The notes under the pieces are model-generated. The model worked only from the letters and a program-made list of their open reading frames with translations, was not told the DNA's origin and ran no database searches. From Burkholderiales bacterium (GTDB taxonomy: Bacteria > Pseudomonadota > Gammaproteobacteria > Burkholderiales > Burkholderiaceae_C): a stretch of 64,000 nucleotides of DNA. The translations under genes were made by a program, and so were the position numbers. The stretch spans positions 10,177 to 74,176 of the forward strand of contig JBBQVF010000007.1 of assembly GCA_038211805.1 (NCBI GenBank), written 5' to 3'. Of this stretch, positions 38,550 through 50,411 are shown one piece after another (the stretch's first letter is position 1; every line of letters starts with the position of its first letter).

Positions 38550-40850
38550 ATGGGTATTCGTTCGTTCGCTGCCGAGTTGCTGTTGCCCGCCATGCTGCAG
38601 GCACGGTCGCGCCCTACGCCGACGCTGTCGTCGGCCAAGGACGAGGTGGCCAGCTTCGCCGCGCTGGAAGGCAAGTTGGCCTACCTGGGCAAGCCCGAGG
38701 TCAAGCTGATCCGCGAGGCTTACAAGTTCGCCGACAGCGCCCATCTGGGCCAGTTCCGCGCCAGCGGCCAGCCCTACATCACCCACCCGCTGGCGGTGGC
38801 GGGGCTGGTGGCCGACTGGCGGCTCGATGCCCAGGCGGTGATGGCCGCGCTGATGCACGACGCGATGGAAGACTGCGGCATCACCAAGGTCGAGCTGATC
38901 GAGAAATTCGGCGCGCCCACCGCCGAGCTGGTCGACGGCCTGACCAAGCTGGACAAGCTGCAGTTCAGCACCCGCGAGGAAGGCCAGGCCGAAAGCTTCC
39001 GCAAGATGCTGCTGGCGATGGCGCGCGACGTGCGCGTGATCCTGGTCAAGCTGGCCGACCGCCTGCACAACATGCGCACGATGTCGGCGATGCCGGCCAA
39101 CAAGCGCGGCCGCATCGCGCGCGAGACGCTGGACATCTACGCGCCCATCGCCCACCGGCTGGGCCTGAACATGATCTACCGCGAGCTGCAGGAACTCAGC
39201 TTCGAGCACCTCTACCCCTGGCGCCATGCCGCGCTGGCCAAGGCGGTGCAACGCGCCCGCGGCTACCGGCGCGACATCGTCGAACGGGTGCGCGCCGAGG
39301 TCGACAAGGGCTTTGCGCTGCACAAGTTGAAGGTGCAGGTGACTGGCCGGGAGAAAACCGTCTACAGCATCTACCGCAAGATGCGCGAAAAGCACGACGG
39401 CTTTGCCCAGGTCAACGACATCTTCGGCTTCCGCATCGTCGTGCCGCAATTGATGGACTGCTACCTCGCGCTGGGCATCCTGCACCAGTTGTACAAGCCG
39501 GTGCCGGGGCGCTTCAAGGACTACATCGCGATCCCCAAGGTCAACGGCTACCAGAGCCTGCATACCACGCTGGTGAGCCCGCTGGGCACGGCGGTCGAGT
39601 TCCAGATCCGCACCGAGCCGATGCACGCGGTGGCCGAGACCGGCATTGCCGCACATTGGCTGTACAAGAGCGACCACAAGAGCGGCAAGTCCGGCGGCTC
39701 GGCCGCTGGCGAGGCCCAGCGGCTGGGTTCGATGTGGCTGAAGTCGCTGCTCGACATCCAGGACGAAACCCGGGATGCGGTCGAGTTCCTGGAGCACGTC
39801 AAGATCGACCTGGTGCCCGAGGCGGTGTACGTGTTCACGCCGATGAGCAAGATCCTGGCGTTGCCGCGCGGCGCCACCGCGGTCGACTTCGCCTACGCCA
39901 TCCACAGCGACGTGGGCGACCATTGCGTGGCGGCCAAGGTCAACAGCGAACCGGTGGCGCTGCGCACCGAATTGAAAAGCGGCGACGTCGTCGAGATCGT
40001 CACCGCGCCCGGCGCGCGGCCCAACCCGGGTTGGCTGAACTTCGTGCGCACCGGCCGGGCGCGGTCGAAGATCCGCCACTTCTTGAAGACCATGGAGCAC
40101 GAGGAGTCGTACAGCCTGGGCGAGAAGCTGCTGGCCCAGGCGCTGCGCGCCGAAGGCTTGGCGGTGCCGTCGACCGAACTGGACGACGCGGCCGCGCAGA
40201 CGCTGTGGCAGCTGCTGATCCGCTGGAGCGGCAGCCGCAGCCGCACCGATCTGATGGTCGACATCGGCCTGGGCCGCAAGATCGCCACCATCGTGGCCAA
40301 GCGGCTGTCGCTGCTGATGGCCGAGCGCGGCAGCCGGCCCGACGCGGTGACGCTGACGCTCAACCGCTTCGGTGTGGCCGAGGACGTGGCCGCGCCACAG
40401 CCCGGCGTGGTGATCGACGGCACCGAAGGCGCGTCGGTGCAGCTGGCGACCTGTTGCCGGCCGATCCCCGGTGACGACATCCGCGGCTACCTGGGCCGCG
40501 GCGAAGGCCTGCTGCTGCACACCGCCGAATGCAGCATCGGCAAGCGCCTGGCCGACCGCGACCCCGAACGCTGGATCGCCGTCGAATGGGCCGAGCAACC
40601 CTCGCGCAACTTCGAAACCAGCGTCAAGCTGCTGGTCAAAAATGGCAAGGGCGCGCTGGCGCAGATCGCCTCGGCGGTCAGCGCGGCCGAGGCCGACATC
40701 ACCCACATCGAGATGGACAACGAAGCCCGGGACGACGCCACCGAGCTGCGCCTGCTGCTGGCCGTGCGCGACCGCCAGCACCTGGCCGACGTGCTGCGCA
40801 CGGTGAAACGGGCGCCGCCGGTGCTGCGCGCCGCGCGCGTCAAACCCTGA
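38550..40850 (+). CDS. spoT: Bifunctional (p)ppGpp synthetase/hydrolase
   Basis: HD motif (LMHDAMED), KLADRLHNMRT, YQSLHTT, TGS and ACT domains; gmk-rpoZ-spoT order; start could be 38592. Confidence 0.95.
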   Translation: MGIRSFAAELLLPAMLQARSRPTPTLSSAKDEVASFAALEGKLAYLGKPEVKLIREAYKFADSAHLGQFRASGQPYITHPLAVAGLVADWRLDAQAVMAALMHDAMEDCGITKVELIEKFGAPTAELVDGLTKLDKLQFSTREEGQAESFRKMLLAMARDVRVILVKLADRLHNMRTMSAMPANKRGRIARETLDIYAPIAHRLGLNMIYRELQELSFEHLYPWRHAALAKAVQRARGYRRDIVERVRAEVDKGFALHKLKVQVTGREKTVYSIYRKMREKHDGFAQVNDIFGFRIVVPQLMDCYLALGILHQLYKPVPGRFKDYIAIPKVNGYQSLHTTLVSPLGTAVEFQIRTEPMHAVAETGIAAHWLYKSDHKSGKSGGSAAGEAQRLGSMWLKSLLDIQDETRDAVEFLEHVKIDLVPEAVYVFTPMSKILALPRGATAVDFAYAIHSDVGDHCVAAKVNSEPVALRTELKSGDVVEIVTAPGARPNPGWLNFVRTGRARSKIRHFLKTMEHEESYSLGEKLLAQALRAEGLAVPSTELDDAAAQTLWQLLIRWSGSRSRTDLMVDIGLGRKIATIVAKRLSLLMAERGSRPDAVTLTLNRFGVAEDVAAPQPGVVIDGTEGASVQLATCCRPIPGDDIRGYLGRGEGLLLHTAECSIGKRLADRDPERWIAVEWAEQPSRNFETSVKLLVKNGKGALAQIASAVSAAEADITHIEMDNEARDDATELRLLLAVRDRQHLADVLRTVKRAPPVLRAARVKP

Positions 40851-40886
40851 GCCGTCGTGCGCGGGCCGTGCGGCCCGGCAGACCGC

Positions 40887-41459
40887 TCAGCCGACCCCGC
40901 TCGGCGCCGGGTACCGCACCGCCAGCACCTCCAGCACCTCGACCCCGCCGGGGGTCTGCAACTTGACCTCATCGCCTTCGCGGGCCTTCAGCAAGGCACG
41001 GGCGATCGGCGAGATCCAGCTCACTTCGCCGGCCAGGTTGTCGGCCTCGTCGATGCCCTTGATGGTGATCGTGCGCTCGTCGCCCCGAGCGTTGGCGTAG
41101 GTGACCGTGGCGCCGAAATAGACCTGGTCGTGGCCGTGGTGCAGCGCCGGGTCGGCGACCTCAGCGATTTCGAGCCGGCGGGTCAGGAAGCGGATGCGGC
41201 GGTCGATCTCGCGCAACCGTTTTTTGCCGTAGAGGTAATCGCCGTTCTCGCTGCGGTCGCCGTTCTTGGCGGCCCAGGAGACGATCTCGACGATCTTCGG
41301 CCGCTCGTCGTCGATCAGGGCCATCAACTCGTCACGCAGGCGCTTGTAGCCGGCCGGTGTGATGTAGTTCTTGCCGCCGGGCGGCAGCGGTGGCAGGCCG
41401 GGGCCGCCGTCGTCGTCGTCCTGGTCGCCCTCGGGCTCCTTGGTGAAGGCTTTGTTCAT
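40887..41459 (-). CDS. greB: Transcription elongation factor GreB
   Basis: NYITPAGY, WAAKNGDRSENGDYLYGKKRLREIDRRIRFL and SWISPIARAL. Confidence 0.96.
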   Translation of the reverse strand: MNKAFTKEPEGDQDDDDGGPGLPPLPPGGKNYITPAGYKRLRDELMALIDDERPKIVEIVSWAAKNGDRSENGDYLYGKKRLREIDRRIRFLTRRLEIAEVADPALHHGHDQVYFGATVTYANARGDERTITIKGIDEADNLAGEVSWISPIARALLKAREGDEVKLQTPGGVEVLEVLAVRYPAPSGVG

Positions 41460-41471
41460 CTCCAGGCCAGT

Positions 41472-42527
41472 CTACCCAGCCGACGCGCGGGCCGCGCTGC
41501 GCCAAGCGCCCGGCGCGCTGCCGGTCCATTTGCGGAAGGCGCGGTAGAAGGTGCTGGCATCGTTGAAGCCCAGGCGGGCGGCGATGTCGCCCACGCTGCG
41601 CCGGCCCTCGGCCAGCAACTGCAGGGCCAGATCGCGCCGCACCTCGTCCTTCAGCTGCCCCCAGGCCGAGCCCTCGGCCTCCAGACGGCGGCGCAGCGTG
41701 GCCGGCGACAGCCCGCAGGACTGTGCCAACAAGGCCAGCGTGGGCGCGGGGTCGTCGCGGTCCAGCGCGTCGCGGCATTGGCGCCGCACCCGGTCGCTGA
41801 GGCCGCTGACCACCACCTGCTTGAGAAACACCGACTGCGGCGCGTCGCGCAAGAACGCTTTCAGGCTGGCCGCGCTGACGTGCAGCGCGCCATCGAGCAC
41901 CCGGGCTTCGAAATGCACCGCAGTGACCGGCGCGCCGAAGCGCTGCAGCGGCGCGAACATGCGCCGGTATTCGTCAGCATGGGCCGGCGCCGGGTGCGCC
42001 CAGTCCACCCGGCTCAGCGGCACCCGCCGGCCGGCCAGCCAGCACAGCAGGCCCTGCAGCATCACCAGCAAGGTCTCGTCGGCAAAGCGCCGGGCATCCA
42101 GCGCGGCGGCGTCGTGCCGGCCGGCGGCGATGCGGTTGTCGATGGTCAGCGTGGCAGTGCGCCCAGCCACGCGCAACTGGGCGGCGATGTCGTCGAAGAA
42201 CAGCCCGAAGCCCCGCGTGGCCTGCCGCAGCGCGGCGCCAACCGTCGCGTGAGCCACCAGCGCATGGCACAACATGGCAAAACTGCCCACCTTCATGCGG
42301 CGGGCGTCGAGGCCGAAAAACTCGTCGTCCAGCAACTCGGCCACCGCCATCCACAGGCGGGCGAAAGCGGCCGCCGGCACCCTCGCCGCCGGCTGCGCCA
42401 ACGCCCCTTCGGCGATCCCGGCCACCGCCAAGGCGGCGCACCGCTGATCGGCGCCCAGCGCCTGCACTGCGCTGCAGACGAAAGCGATCGACACGCTGCG
42501 CTCGGCCGGTACGGCGGGATGGGGCAT
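41472..42527 (-). CDS. AraC-family transcriptional regulator
   Basis: C-terminal double HTH (SPATLRRRL ... IAARLGF ... FYRAFRKWTG); N-terminal DDEFFG domain. Confidence 0.88.
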   Translation of the reverse strand: MPHPAVPAERSVSIAFVCSAVQALGADQRCAALAVAGIAEGALAQPAARVPAAAFARLWMAVAELLDDEFFGLDARRMKVGSFAMLCHALVAHATVGAALRQATRGFGLFFDDIAAQLRVAGRTATLTIDNRIAAGRHDAAALDARRFADETLLVMLQGLLCWLAGRRVPLSRVDWAHPAPAHADEYRRMFAPLQRFGAPVTAVHFEARVLDGALHVSAASLKAFLRDAPQSVFLKQVVVSGLSDRVRRQCRDALDRDDPAPTLALLAQSCGLSPATLRRRLEAEGSAWGQLKDEVRRDLALQLLAEGRRSVGDIAARLGFNDASTFYRAFRKWTGSAPGAWRSAARASAG

Positions 42528-42733
42528 GGCCCATTGTGGCAAATGGTGTCAGGGCGCTGAGCGTTCGCGCCATCGTCGGCGGCCCCAGCCGGGCCTAGAC
42601 TCAAGCCCTGCTGGCGTGAGGGTCGGCACCGTGATCGACTGTCGGGTGCCCGCCGCGGCGCCTGGTTCCGTATGACGTGCACCGCGCACCGCCCGCCGAC
42701 CCACGGCAGCAACGCCGCCCCTGGAGACCGCCC

Positions 42734-45700
42734 ATGACCGACCTGTCCGCCGAATTCAAAGCCCTGGCCAACTACCGCCCGACCCACAAGGTGCGCTTCG
42801 TCACCGCGGCCAGCCTGTTCGACGGCCACGACGCGGCCATCAACATCATGCGGCGCATCCTGCAGGGCATGGGATGTGAGGTGATCCACCTGGGCCACAA
42901 CCGCTCGGTCGACGAGGTGGTCACCGCGGCGCTGCAAGAAGACGTGCAGGGCATCGCTGTCAGCAGCTACCAGGGCGGCCACAACGAGTATTTCAGCTAC
43001 ATGGTCGAGCTGTTGAAGGCCCGCGGCGGCGAGCACATCCAGGTCTTCGGCGGTGGCGGCGGCGTGATCGTGCCGGCCGAAATCCGCGCGCTGGCCGACC
43101 TGGGCGTGCGCATCTTCAGCCCCGAGGACGGCCAGCGCATGGGCCTGGCCGGCATGATCGGCGAGATGGTGATGCGCGCCGACCGCGACCTCACACCTTA
43201 CGCACCGACCAGCCTGTCAGCGATCCAGGGCCACAGCGAGCCGGCCTGGCGCGCCTTGGCGCAGCTGATCACCGCGCTGGAGAACGGCAAGGCCGAGGCC
43301 GGGCTCGTCGCTGATTTGCATGCCGCAGCCAAGCTGTCGAAGACGCCGGTGCTGGGCATCACCGGCACCGGCGGCGCCGGCAAGTCCAGCCTGACCGACG
43401 AGCTGATCCGCCGCATCCGCCTCGACCAGGGCGACGCGCTGCGCATCGCGGTGATCTCGATCGACCCGTCACGCCGCAAGAGCGGTGGTGCACTGCTGGG
43501 CGACCGCATCCGCATGAACGCGATCGCGCCATGGTCGAAACCGGCCGCACAGATGGCGGCGGGCGATTCGGGCCAGCGGGTCTACATGCGCAGCCTGGCC
43601 ACCCGCGACACCGGCAGCGAAGTCAGCGCCGCGCTGCCCGACGTGCTGGCCGCGGCCAAGGTGGCCGGCTTCGACCTGGTGATCGTCGAGACCTCGGGCA
43701 TCGGCCAGGGCGACGCGGCGATCGTGCCGCTGGTCGACGTGCCGATGTACGTGATGACACCCGAGTTCGGCGCCGCCAGCCAGCTGGAGAAGATCGACAT
43801 GCTCGACTTCGCCGAGTTCGTCGCGATCAACAAGTTCGACCGCAAGGGCGCGGCCGACGCGCTGCGCGACGTGGCCAAGCAGGTGCAGCGCAACCGCGAA
43901 GCCTTCACCGTCACGCCCGACCAGATGCCGGTGTTCGGCACCATGGCCAGCCGCTTCAACGACGACGGCGTGACCGCGCTGTACCAGGCGCTGAAAGTGC
44001 GGCTCGCCGCGCTGGGCCTGCCGGTCAGCGAGGGCCGTCTGCCGCTGGTGCACACCCAGCACAGCACGCACCAGACGCCGGTGGTGCCGGCAGCGCGCAC
44101 CCGCTACCTGGCCGAGATCACCGACACCGTGCGCGGCTACAAGGCCCGCGCCCGCGCCCAGGCCAAGCTGGCGCGGGAGCTGCAGCATCTGCGGGAAACC
44201 GCCCGCATGCTCAACGACGACGACAGCGCGCGCGATGGCGCGAAGAACACCGTGCTGCGCCTGGCCGACGAGCGGGCGACCAAACAAGACCCGGCCGCCG
44301 CCAAGCTGCTGGCCCAGTGGCCCGAAATGCAGAAGGCTTATGCCGGCGACGAGTACGTGGTGAAGATCCGCGACAAGGAGATCCGCACTGCGCTGGTCCA
44401 CACCACGCTGTCGGGCAGCAAGATCCGCAAGGTCGCCCTGCCCGGCTATGAATGCCATGGCGAGCTGCTGAAGTGGCTGATGCTCGACAACGTGCCCGGC
44501 AGCTTTCCGTACACCGCCGGCACCTTTGCTTTCAAGCGCGAAGGCGAAGACCCGACCCGCATGTTCGCCGGCGAGGGCGATGCCTTCCGCACCAACCGGC
44601 GCTTCAAGCTGGTCAGCGAGGGCATGCCGGCAAAACGCCTGTCCACCGCATTTGATTCGGTCACCCTCTACGGCAACGACCCCGACCGCCGGCCCGACAT
44701 CTACGGCAAGGTGGGCAATTCGGGCGTGTCGATCGCCACGCTCGATGATCTGAAGGTGCTGTACGGCGGCTTCGACCTGTGCCACCCGGCCACCAGCGTC
44801 AGCATGACGATCAACGGGCCGGCGCCCAGCATCCTGGCGATGTTCATGAACGCGGCGATCGACCAGCAGATCGAGAAGTTCAGCGCCGACAACCACCGCC
44901 AGCCCACCGACACCGAAGTCGCCAAGATCCGTGAATGGGCGCAAGCCAACGTGCGTGGCACGGTGCAGGCCGACATCCTGAAGGAAGACCAGGGTCAGAA
45001 CACCTGCATCTTCAGCACCGAGTTCAGCCTGAAGGTGATGGGCGACATCGCCGAGTACTTCGTGCACCACAACGTGCGCAATTTCTACTCGGTCAGCATC
45101 AGCGGCTACCACATCGCCGAGGCCGGCGCCAACCCGATCAGCCAGCTGGCCTTCACGCTTTCCAACGGCTTCACCTTCGTGGAGGCCTACCTGGCGCGCG
45201 GCATGCACATCGATGACTTCGCACCCAACCTGAGCTTCTTCTTCAGCAACGGCATGGACCCGGAGTACACCGTGCTGGGCCGCGTCGCTCGCCGGATCTG
45301 GGCGGTGGCGATGCGCGACAAGTACGGCGCCAACGAACGATCGCAGAAGTTGAAATACCACGTGCAGACCAGCGGCCGCAGCCTGCATGCGCAGGAGATC
45401 CAGTTCAACGACATCCGGACCACGCTGCAGGCGCTGATCGCGATCTACGACAACTGCAACAGCCTGCACACCAACGCCTTCGACGAGGCGATCACCACGC
45501 CCACCGAAGACTCGGTGCGCCGTGCGATGGCGATCCAGCTGATCATCAACCGCGAATGGGGCCTGGCCAAGAACGAGAATCCCAACCAGGGGGCCTTCAT
45601 CATCGACGACCTGACCGAACTGGTCGAGGAAGCGGTGCTGGCCGAGTTCGAGAAGATCGCCGACCGCGGCGGCGTGCTGGGCGCGATGGAGACCGGCTAC

Positions 45701-46054
45701 CAGCGCAGCAAGATCCAGGAAGAGTCGATGCACTACGAGATGCAGAAGCACACCGGCGAGTACCCGATCATCGGCGTCAACACCTTCCGCAACCCCCACG
45801 TTGACCCGAACCCGAAGCAGATCGAGCTGGCCCGCTCGACCGAGGAAGAAAAGGAATCGCAGCTGGCCCGGCTGGCCGACTTCCACGCCCGCCATGCCGC
45901 CGAATCACCGGCCATGCTTCAGCGGCTGCAGCAGGCGGTGATCGCCAACGACAACGTGTTCAATGTGCTGATGGACGCGGTGCGCTGCTGCAGCCTGGGG
46001 CAGATCACCTCGGCGCTGTTCGAGGTGGGCGGGCAGTACCGGCGCAGCATGTGA
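42734..46054 (+). CDS. icmF: Fused isobutyryl-CoA mutase/GTPase chaperone
   Basis: B12-binding FDGHDAAIN; MeaB-like GTGGAGKSS and NKFD; mutase barrel [13 protein letters not shown] and [15 protein letters not shown]. Confidence 0.95.
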   Translation: MTDLSAEFKALANYRPTHKVRFVTAASLFDGHDAAINIMRRILQGMGCEVIHLGHNRSVDEVVTAALQEDVQGIAVSSYQGGHNEYFSYMVELLKARGGEHIQVFGGGGGVIVPAEIRALADLGVRIFSPEDGQRMGLAGMIGEMVMRADRDLTPYAPTSLSAIQGHSEPAWRALAQLITALENGKAEAGLVADLHAAAKLSKTPVLGITGTGGAGKSSLTDELIRRIRLDQGDALRIAVISIDPSRRKSGGALLGDRIRMNAIAPWSKPAAQMAAGDSGQRVYMRSLATRDTGSEVSAALPDVLAAAKVAGFDLVIVETSGIGQGDAAIVPLVDVPMYVMTPEFGAASQLEKIDMLDFAEFVAINKFDRKGAADALRDVAKQVQRNREAFTVTPDQMPVFGTMASRFNDDGVTALYQALKVRLAALGLPVSEGRLPLVHTQHSTHQTPVVPAARTRYLAEITDTVRGYKARARAQAKLARELQHLRETARMLNDDDSARDGAKNTVLRLADERATKQDPAAAKLLAQWPEMQKAYAGDEYVVKIRDKEIRTALVHTTLSGSKIRKVALPGYECHGELLKWLMLDNVPGSFPYTAGTFAFKREGEDPTRMFAGEGDAFRTNRRFKLVSEGMPAKRLSTAFDSVTLYGNDPDRRPDIYGKVGNSGVSIATLDDLKVLYGGFDLCHPATSVSMTINGPAPSILAMFMNAAIDQQIEKFSADNHRQPTDTEVAKIREWAQANVRGTVQADILKEDQGQNTCIFSTEFSLKVMGDIAEYFVHHNVRNFYSVSISGYHIAEAGANPISQLAFTLSNGFTFVEAYLARGMHIDDFAPNLSFFFSNGMDPEYTVLGRVARRIWAVAMRDKYGANERSQKLKYHVQTSGRSLHAQEIQFNDIRTTLQALIAIYDNCNSLHTNAFDEAITTPTEDSVRRAMAIQLIINREWGLAKNENPNQGAFIIDDLTELVEEAVLAEFEKIADRGGVLGAMETGYQRSKIQEESMHYEMQKHTGEYPIIGVNTFRNPHVDPNPKQIELARSTEEEKESQLARLADFHARHAAESPAMLQRLQQAVIANDNVFNVLMDAVRCCSLGQITSALFEVGGQYRRSM

Positions 46055-46090
46055 GGCAGCGGCAGGCCCGCCGGCCCGCCCGCCGGCGCC

Positions 46091-46870
46091 TCAGCGTTGC
46101 GGCGCCACCATGGCGAACATCGCTCCTTGCGGGTCGACGCACTGCACGATCCAGCTGCCGCCGGGCACCTCCATCGGCCCGCTGACCACCTGGCCGCCGG
46201 CGGCGGTGACGCGCGCAGCGGCGGCGTCGACGGCCTCGACATTGACGTAGTACAGCCAGCAAGGCTGCGGCACCTCGGGCGGGCAGGTCATCATGCCGCC
46301 GATGGCCGGGCCGCCGGCGCTGGCGGCAAACAGTTGGTAGACACCCATGGCGCCCATGTCGATGGCTTCGTCCTGGGTCCAGCCGAACAGGCTGCTGTAG
46401 AAGGCCCAGGCGCTGTCTTGGTCGCCGGCATACAGCTCGTGCCAGCCCATGGTGCCGGGCGTGCCCGCGGCCGGCTGCGGCGGCGCTTCGTCCGAATGGC
46501 CCTTGAACAGGCAGAACACCGCGCCCTGCGGGTCGGCCACGGTGGCGAAGCGGCCGACGCCGGGGATGTCCTGCGCCGGGTGGTGCACCGCCCCGCCGGC
46601 CTGCAGCAACTGCGCCAGGCGGGTGTCGACATCGTCGACGGCGATGTAGCCCAGCCAGCCCGGCCGGGCACCCGCCACAGCAGCTTCAGCGGGCAGGTCC
46701 ATCAGGCCGGCGATGGCCGATTCGCCGACCGACAGCAGGGTGTATTTCATGCCGGGCATGCCGGCGTCGGCGCACTGCCAGCCGATCACGTTGCGGTAGA
46801 AGGTCTCGGCCGCCGCGGCATCCGAGGTCATCAGTTCGTACCAGACGAAGGGGCTGGCGGGTGTGGGCAT
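46091..46870 (-). CDS. Two-domain VOC/glyoxalase family protein
   Basis: FVWYELMT...DPQGA pattern occurs twice. Confidence 0.88.
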   Translation of the reverse strand: MPTPASPFVWYELMTSDAAAAETFYRNVIGWQCADAGMPGMKYTLLSVGESAIAGLMDLPAEAAVAGARPGWLGYIAVDDVDTRLAQLLQAGGAVHHPAQDIPGVGRFATVADPQGAVFCLFKGHSDEAPPQPAAGTPGTMGWHELYAGDQDSAWAFYSSLFGWTQDEAIDMGAMGVYQLFAASAGGPAIGGMMTCPPEVPQPCWLYYVNVEAVDAAAARVTAAGGQVVSGPMEVPGGSWIVQCVDPQGAMFAMVAPQR

Positions 46871-47054
46871 GGCGGCTCTCCGGTGATGGGGGTGGGTGGG
46901 TGCCGCGTTGGCTGGCCCGCAGCGGCTGGGCACGATAGACCGGACGCCCTGCTGGTCGCAAGTCCACGTTCTGGGGGCGGCCGTGCGCGAGGCGGATCAT
47001 CGCCACAATGACCAAGCTGCCGCCGGCGGCCCCGCCCTGACCCTGGAGACCCCC

Positions 47055-47540
<486 letters not shown>

Positions 47541-47665
47541 AACGGCCTGCGTGGTGCACTGGCGCCGGCTGACCTTGAGCCAGCGCAATGCGCGGGCCGG
47601 CCGGTCGGGCGCCAATCGCAGGCTGGACACCCTGCCGGGGAGCCGGTGCGATAGAAGCCTCCACC

Positions 47666-48916
47666 ATGAGCCAAAACAGCCGCGGCCACCTGGCCAACCA
47701 AACCTTCGTGCTGGTGCTGGCGGGCGGGCGGGGCACGCGCTTGCAGCAGCTGACCGACCACCGTGCCAAGCCCGCCGTGCCCTTTGCCGGCACCATGCGC
47801 ATCATCGATTTCGCGCTGGGCAACTGCGTCAATTCCGGCCTGCGCCGCATCGCCGTGCTGACGCAGTACAAGGCACAAAGCCTGATCCGCCATGTCGAGC
47901 GCAGCTGGGGCTTCCTGGAGGAAAGCCTGGGCGAGTACGTCGACATCGTGCCGGCCCAGCAGCAGGTGGGCGACGGCTGGTACAGCGGCACCGCCAACGC
48001 GGTGTTCCAGAACCTCAACATCCTGCGCGATGCCCAGGCCGCCTATGTGCTGGTGCTGGGCGGCGACCATGTCTACAAGATGGACTACTCGGTGATGGTC
48101 GAGGAGCACGTGGCACGGGGTGCCGACGTCACCGTGGCCTGCCTCGACGTGCCGCTGGAAGATGCCCGCCAGCTGGGTGTCATCAGCGTGGACGATGACC
48201 AGCGCATCACCGGCTTTGTCGAGAAGCCTGCGCAGCCGACGCCCGCGCCAGGCCGGCCCGGCCGGGCGCTGGGCAGCATGGGCATCTACGTCTTCAATGC
48301 CCAATTGCTGATCGACCAGCTGGAGCGCGATGCCCGCGACCCGCTGTCGAGCCACGACTTCGGCAAAGACCTGTTACCCGCGCTGGTCGGCAGCGCGCAG
48401 GTGTTTGCGCACCGCTTCGAATCGAGCTGCGTCAACATGGTCGGCGACCGGCCCTACTGGCGCGACGTCGGCACCGTCGATGCCTATTGGGAGGCCAACC
48501 TCGACCTCACGCTGGTGCAGCCCGCGCTCAACCTGTACGACCCGGTGTGGCCGATGCTGGGCCGCCAGCCGCACCGCCCACCGGCCAAGTTCGTCTTCAA
48601 CGAGCCGAACCGTCGCGGCGTGGCGATCGATTCGCTGGTCTCGGCTGGTTGCATCGTCAGCGGTGCGCTGGTGCGCAGCTCGATCCTGTTCTACGGCGTG
48701 CGGGTGGGCGAGCACAGCGTGGTCGAAGAGTCGGTGGTGCTGCCCAACGTCACCATCGGCCAGCGGGTGCACCTGCGCCGCGCCATCGTCGACAAGCACT
48801 GCGTGCTGCCCGACGGCTTCCACGCCGGCCTGCAACCCGAGCAGGACCGCCAGCGTTTCACCGTCACCGAACGCGGCATCACGCTCGTCACCCGCGACAT
48901 GCTGCCCAGCGCCTGA
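47666..48916 (+). CDS. glgC: Glucose-1-phosphate adenylyltransferase (copy 2)
   Basis: LAGGRGTRL, RAKPAVPF, GTANAV, SMGIY and YWRDVGT motifs. Confidence 0.92.
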   Translation: MSQNSRGHLANQTFVLVLAGGRGTRLQQLTDHRAKPAVPFAGTMRIIDFALGNCVNSGLRRIAVLTQYKAQSLIRHVERSWGFLEESLGEYVDIVPAQQQVGDGWYSGTANAVFQNLNILRDAQAAYVLVLGGDHVYKMDYSVMVEEHVARGADVTVACLDVPLEDARQLGVISVDDDQRITGFVEKPAQPTPAPGRPGRALGSMGIYVFNAQLLIDQLERDARDPLSSHDFGKDLLPALVGSAQVFAHRFESSCVNMVGDRPYWRDVGTVDAYWEANLDLTLVQPALNLYDPVWPMLGRQPHRPPAKFVFNEPNRRGVAIDSLVSAGCIVSGALVRSSILFYGVRVGEHSVVEESVVLPNVTIGQRVHLRRAIVDKHCVLPDGFHAGLQPEQDRQRFTVTERGITLVTRDMLPSA

Positions 48917-49002
48917 GTCGCGCCGCCAACCAGCGACCGACCGTCCGCGTCGCCTGTCGCGACGCCAAGCCGCCCTAGATCCTGTCGGACCAAAGTGGCT
49001 GA

Positions 49003-49064
49003 GGGGCGGAAGGGCAGAAGGGCAGAAGGGCAGAAGGGCCGCGGGGCCGCGGGGCCGCGGCGCC
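49003..49064. repeat. 8-bp G-rich tandem array
   Basis: GAAGGGCA x3, GAAGGGCC, GCGGGGCC x2 and GCGGCGCC between convergent genes. Confidence 0.8.
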
Positions 49065-49086
49065 GATCGAGCCGATGGACCCAGAC

Positions 49087-50001
49087 TCAGGCGGCTGCGC
49101 GCAAGCCTGCGGTCGATGCGGCGACCGCCAGCGGGTGCACCGCGCGAGGCTCGATGTCGCCCACCGGTCGGCGGGTGTTGCGCGCCAAGGTCTTGAGGCC
49201 GTCGATGTCGAGAATGTCGACTGCCCGGTTGTTCACGCTCAACAGATTCCAGCGCACCAGCGTCTGCAGTGACCGGCTCACGGTCTCGTGCGCCAGCCCC
49301 AGGTAGCTGGCGATGTCGCGCCGGCCCATGCGCAGGTAGAACCGGCGCGGCGACTGGCCACAGGCGGCCATCCGGGCCGACCACTGCAGCAGGAAGCGCG
49401 CCAGTCGGGCCTCTGCGGCCACGGCGGCCATCACGTCGGCCAGGTCGTTGCGCTGCTGCAGCGCCCGGCTGACGGCCACGGCCAGCATGCGGTCGATCGA
49501 CGGGGTTCGCCGGCCGGGTTCGACGAGGTCGCGGATCAACAGCGAGTAGACGCTGGATTCCTCCAGGGCCACGCAGGCGGTGGGATGCTGGCCCATGCAC
49601 AACGCGTCGAAGCCGATCAACTCGGCGCGGCCGGAAAACCCCAGCACCTGCTCGTAACCGTCTTCGGCGGTGCGGAAGGTCTTGAACGTGCCGGCGCGCA
49701 CAAAGTAAACCGATTCGGCCCGGCCGCCCTCGTGGAACAGCATGTCGCGGGCCCGCAAACGGCGGATCGAAACCGGCATGTCCAGCCCGTCATCGCCCGG
49801 CTCGACGCGGCAGCCCACCAGGCGCAACAACTCGGCCATGGGATGGCCGTCGATGGTGCCGTTCAGGCCCATCTGACCGTGGGCGCCCGGGGCGCCGTTC
49901 GATCCCTGGAGGCCAAGAACGCCGTGGCCGCCCTGGGGTGCTGCGTACAGGGTCCGGCCGGTCGCCAGGGGCGCTGCGGAACTCGTCATTTCAGCAATCA
50001 T
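49087..50001 (-). CDS. Crp/Fnr-family regulator (FixK-like)
   Basis: EDGYEQVLGF, AEARLARFL and IASYLGLAHETVSR HTH; GAGGAG RBS. Confidence 0.88.
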   Translation of the reverse strand: MIAEMTSSAAPLATGRTLYAAPQGGHGVLGLQGSNGAPGAHGQMGLNGTIDGHPMAELLRLVGCRVEPGDDGLDMPVSIRRLRARDMLFHEGGRAESVYFVRAGTFKTFRTAEDGYEQVLGFSGRAELIGFDALCMGQHPTACVALEESSVYSLLIRDLVEPGRRTPSIDRMLAVAVSRALQQRNDLADVMAAVAAEARLARFLLQWSARMAACGQSPRRFYLRMGRRDIASYLGLAHETVSRSLQTLVRWNLLSVNNRAVDILDIDGLKTLARNTRRPVGDIEPRAVHPLAVAASTAGLRAAA

Positions 50002-50411
50002 GCTGCTCCTCTGACCGTTGGTGCGTGACGCGGGGTCAACGACAACGCCAGTTTGGTCCGCAGCGGGCAGCGTTCAAATCGGCGTCGGAGCGAACATGCC
50101 GACGGTGCTTTCCGATTCAGATCAGCCATGTCCGACAGACCGATAGGACTTTTCCGATCCCTCGGTCATCTTGACGAGACTTGACCAAGATCACTTCATG
50201 GGCCGCTGCAGGCAGGTCAACTGCGTTTTGCGCGGTTTGCAGCGCAGTGGATCGCTGGAGTCCCCTGCGCCAACGCTGCCCTCGCAACGCCCTCACGACC
50301 GATGCTGCTGATGAGACGCCTGCCGCCCCCGAGAGCCAAACCCCCGCCCGCCGCCCGGTCGCAAGCCGCGCCGCGGCAGCGTTCATCGGCGCGCGCTGCC
50401 GGGGCCGGCCC

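Noticed and set aside
42530-42733. Cobalamin riboswitch upstream of B12-dependent icmF
   Set aside because: I could not find the conserved GGGAA / GCCACTG B12-box elements; an Rfam scan would settle it.
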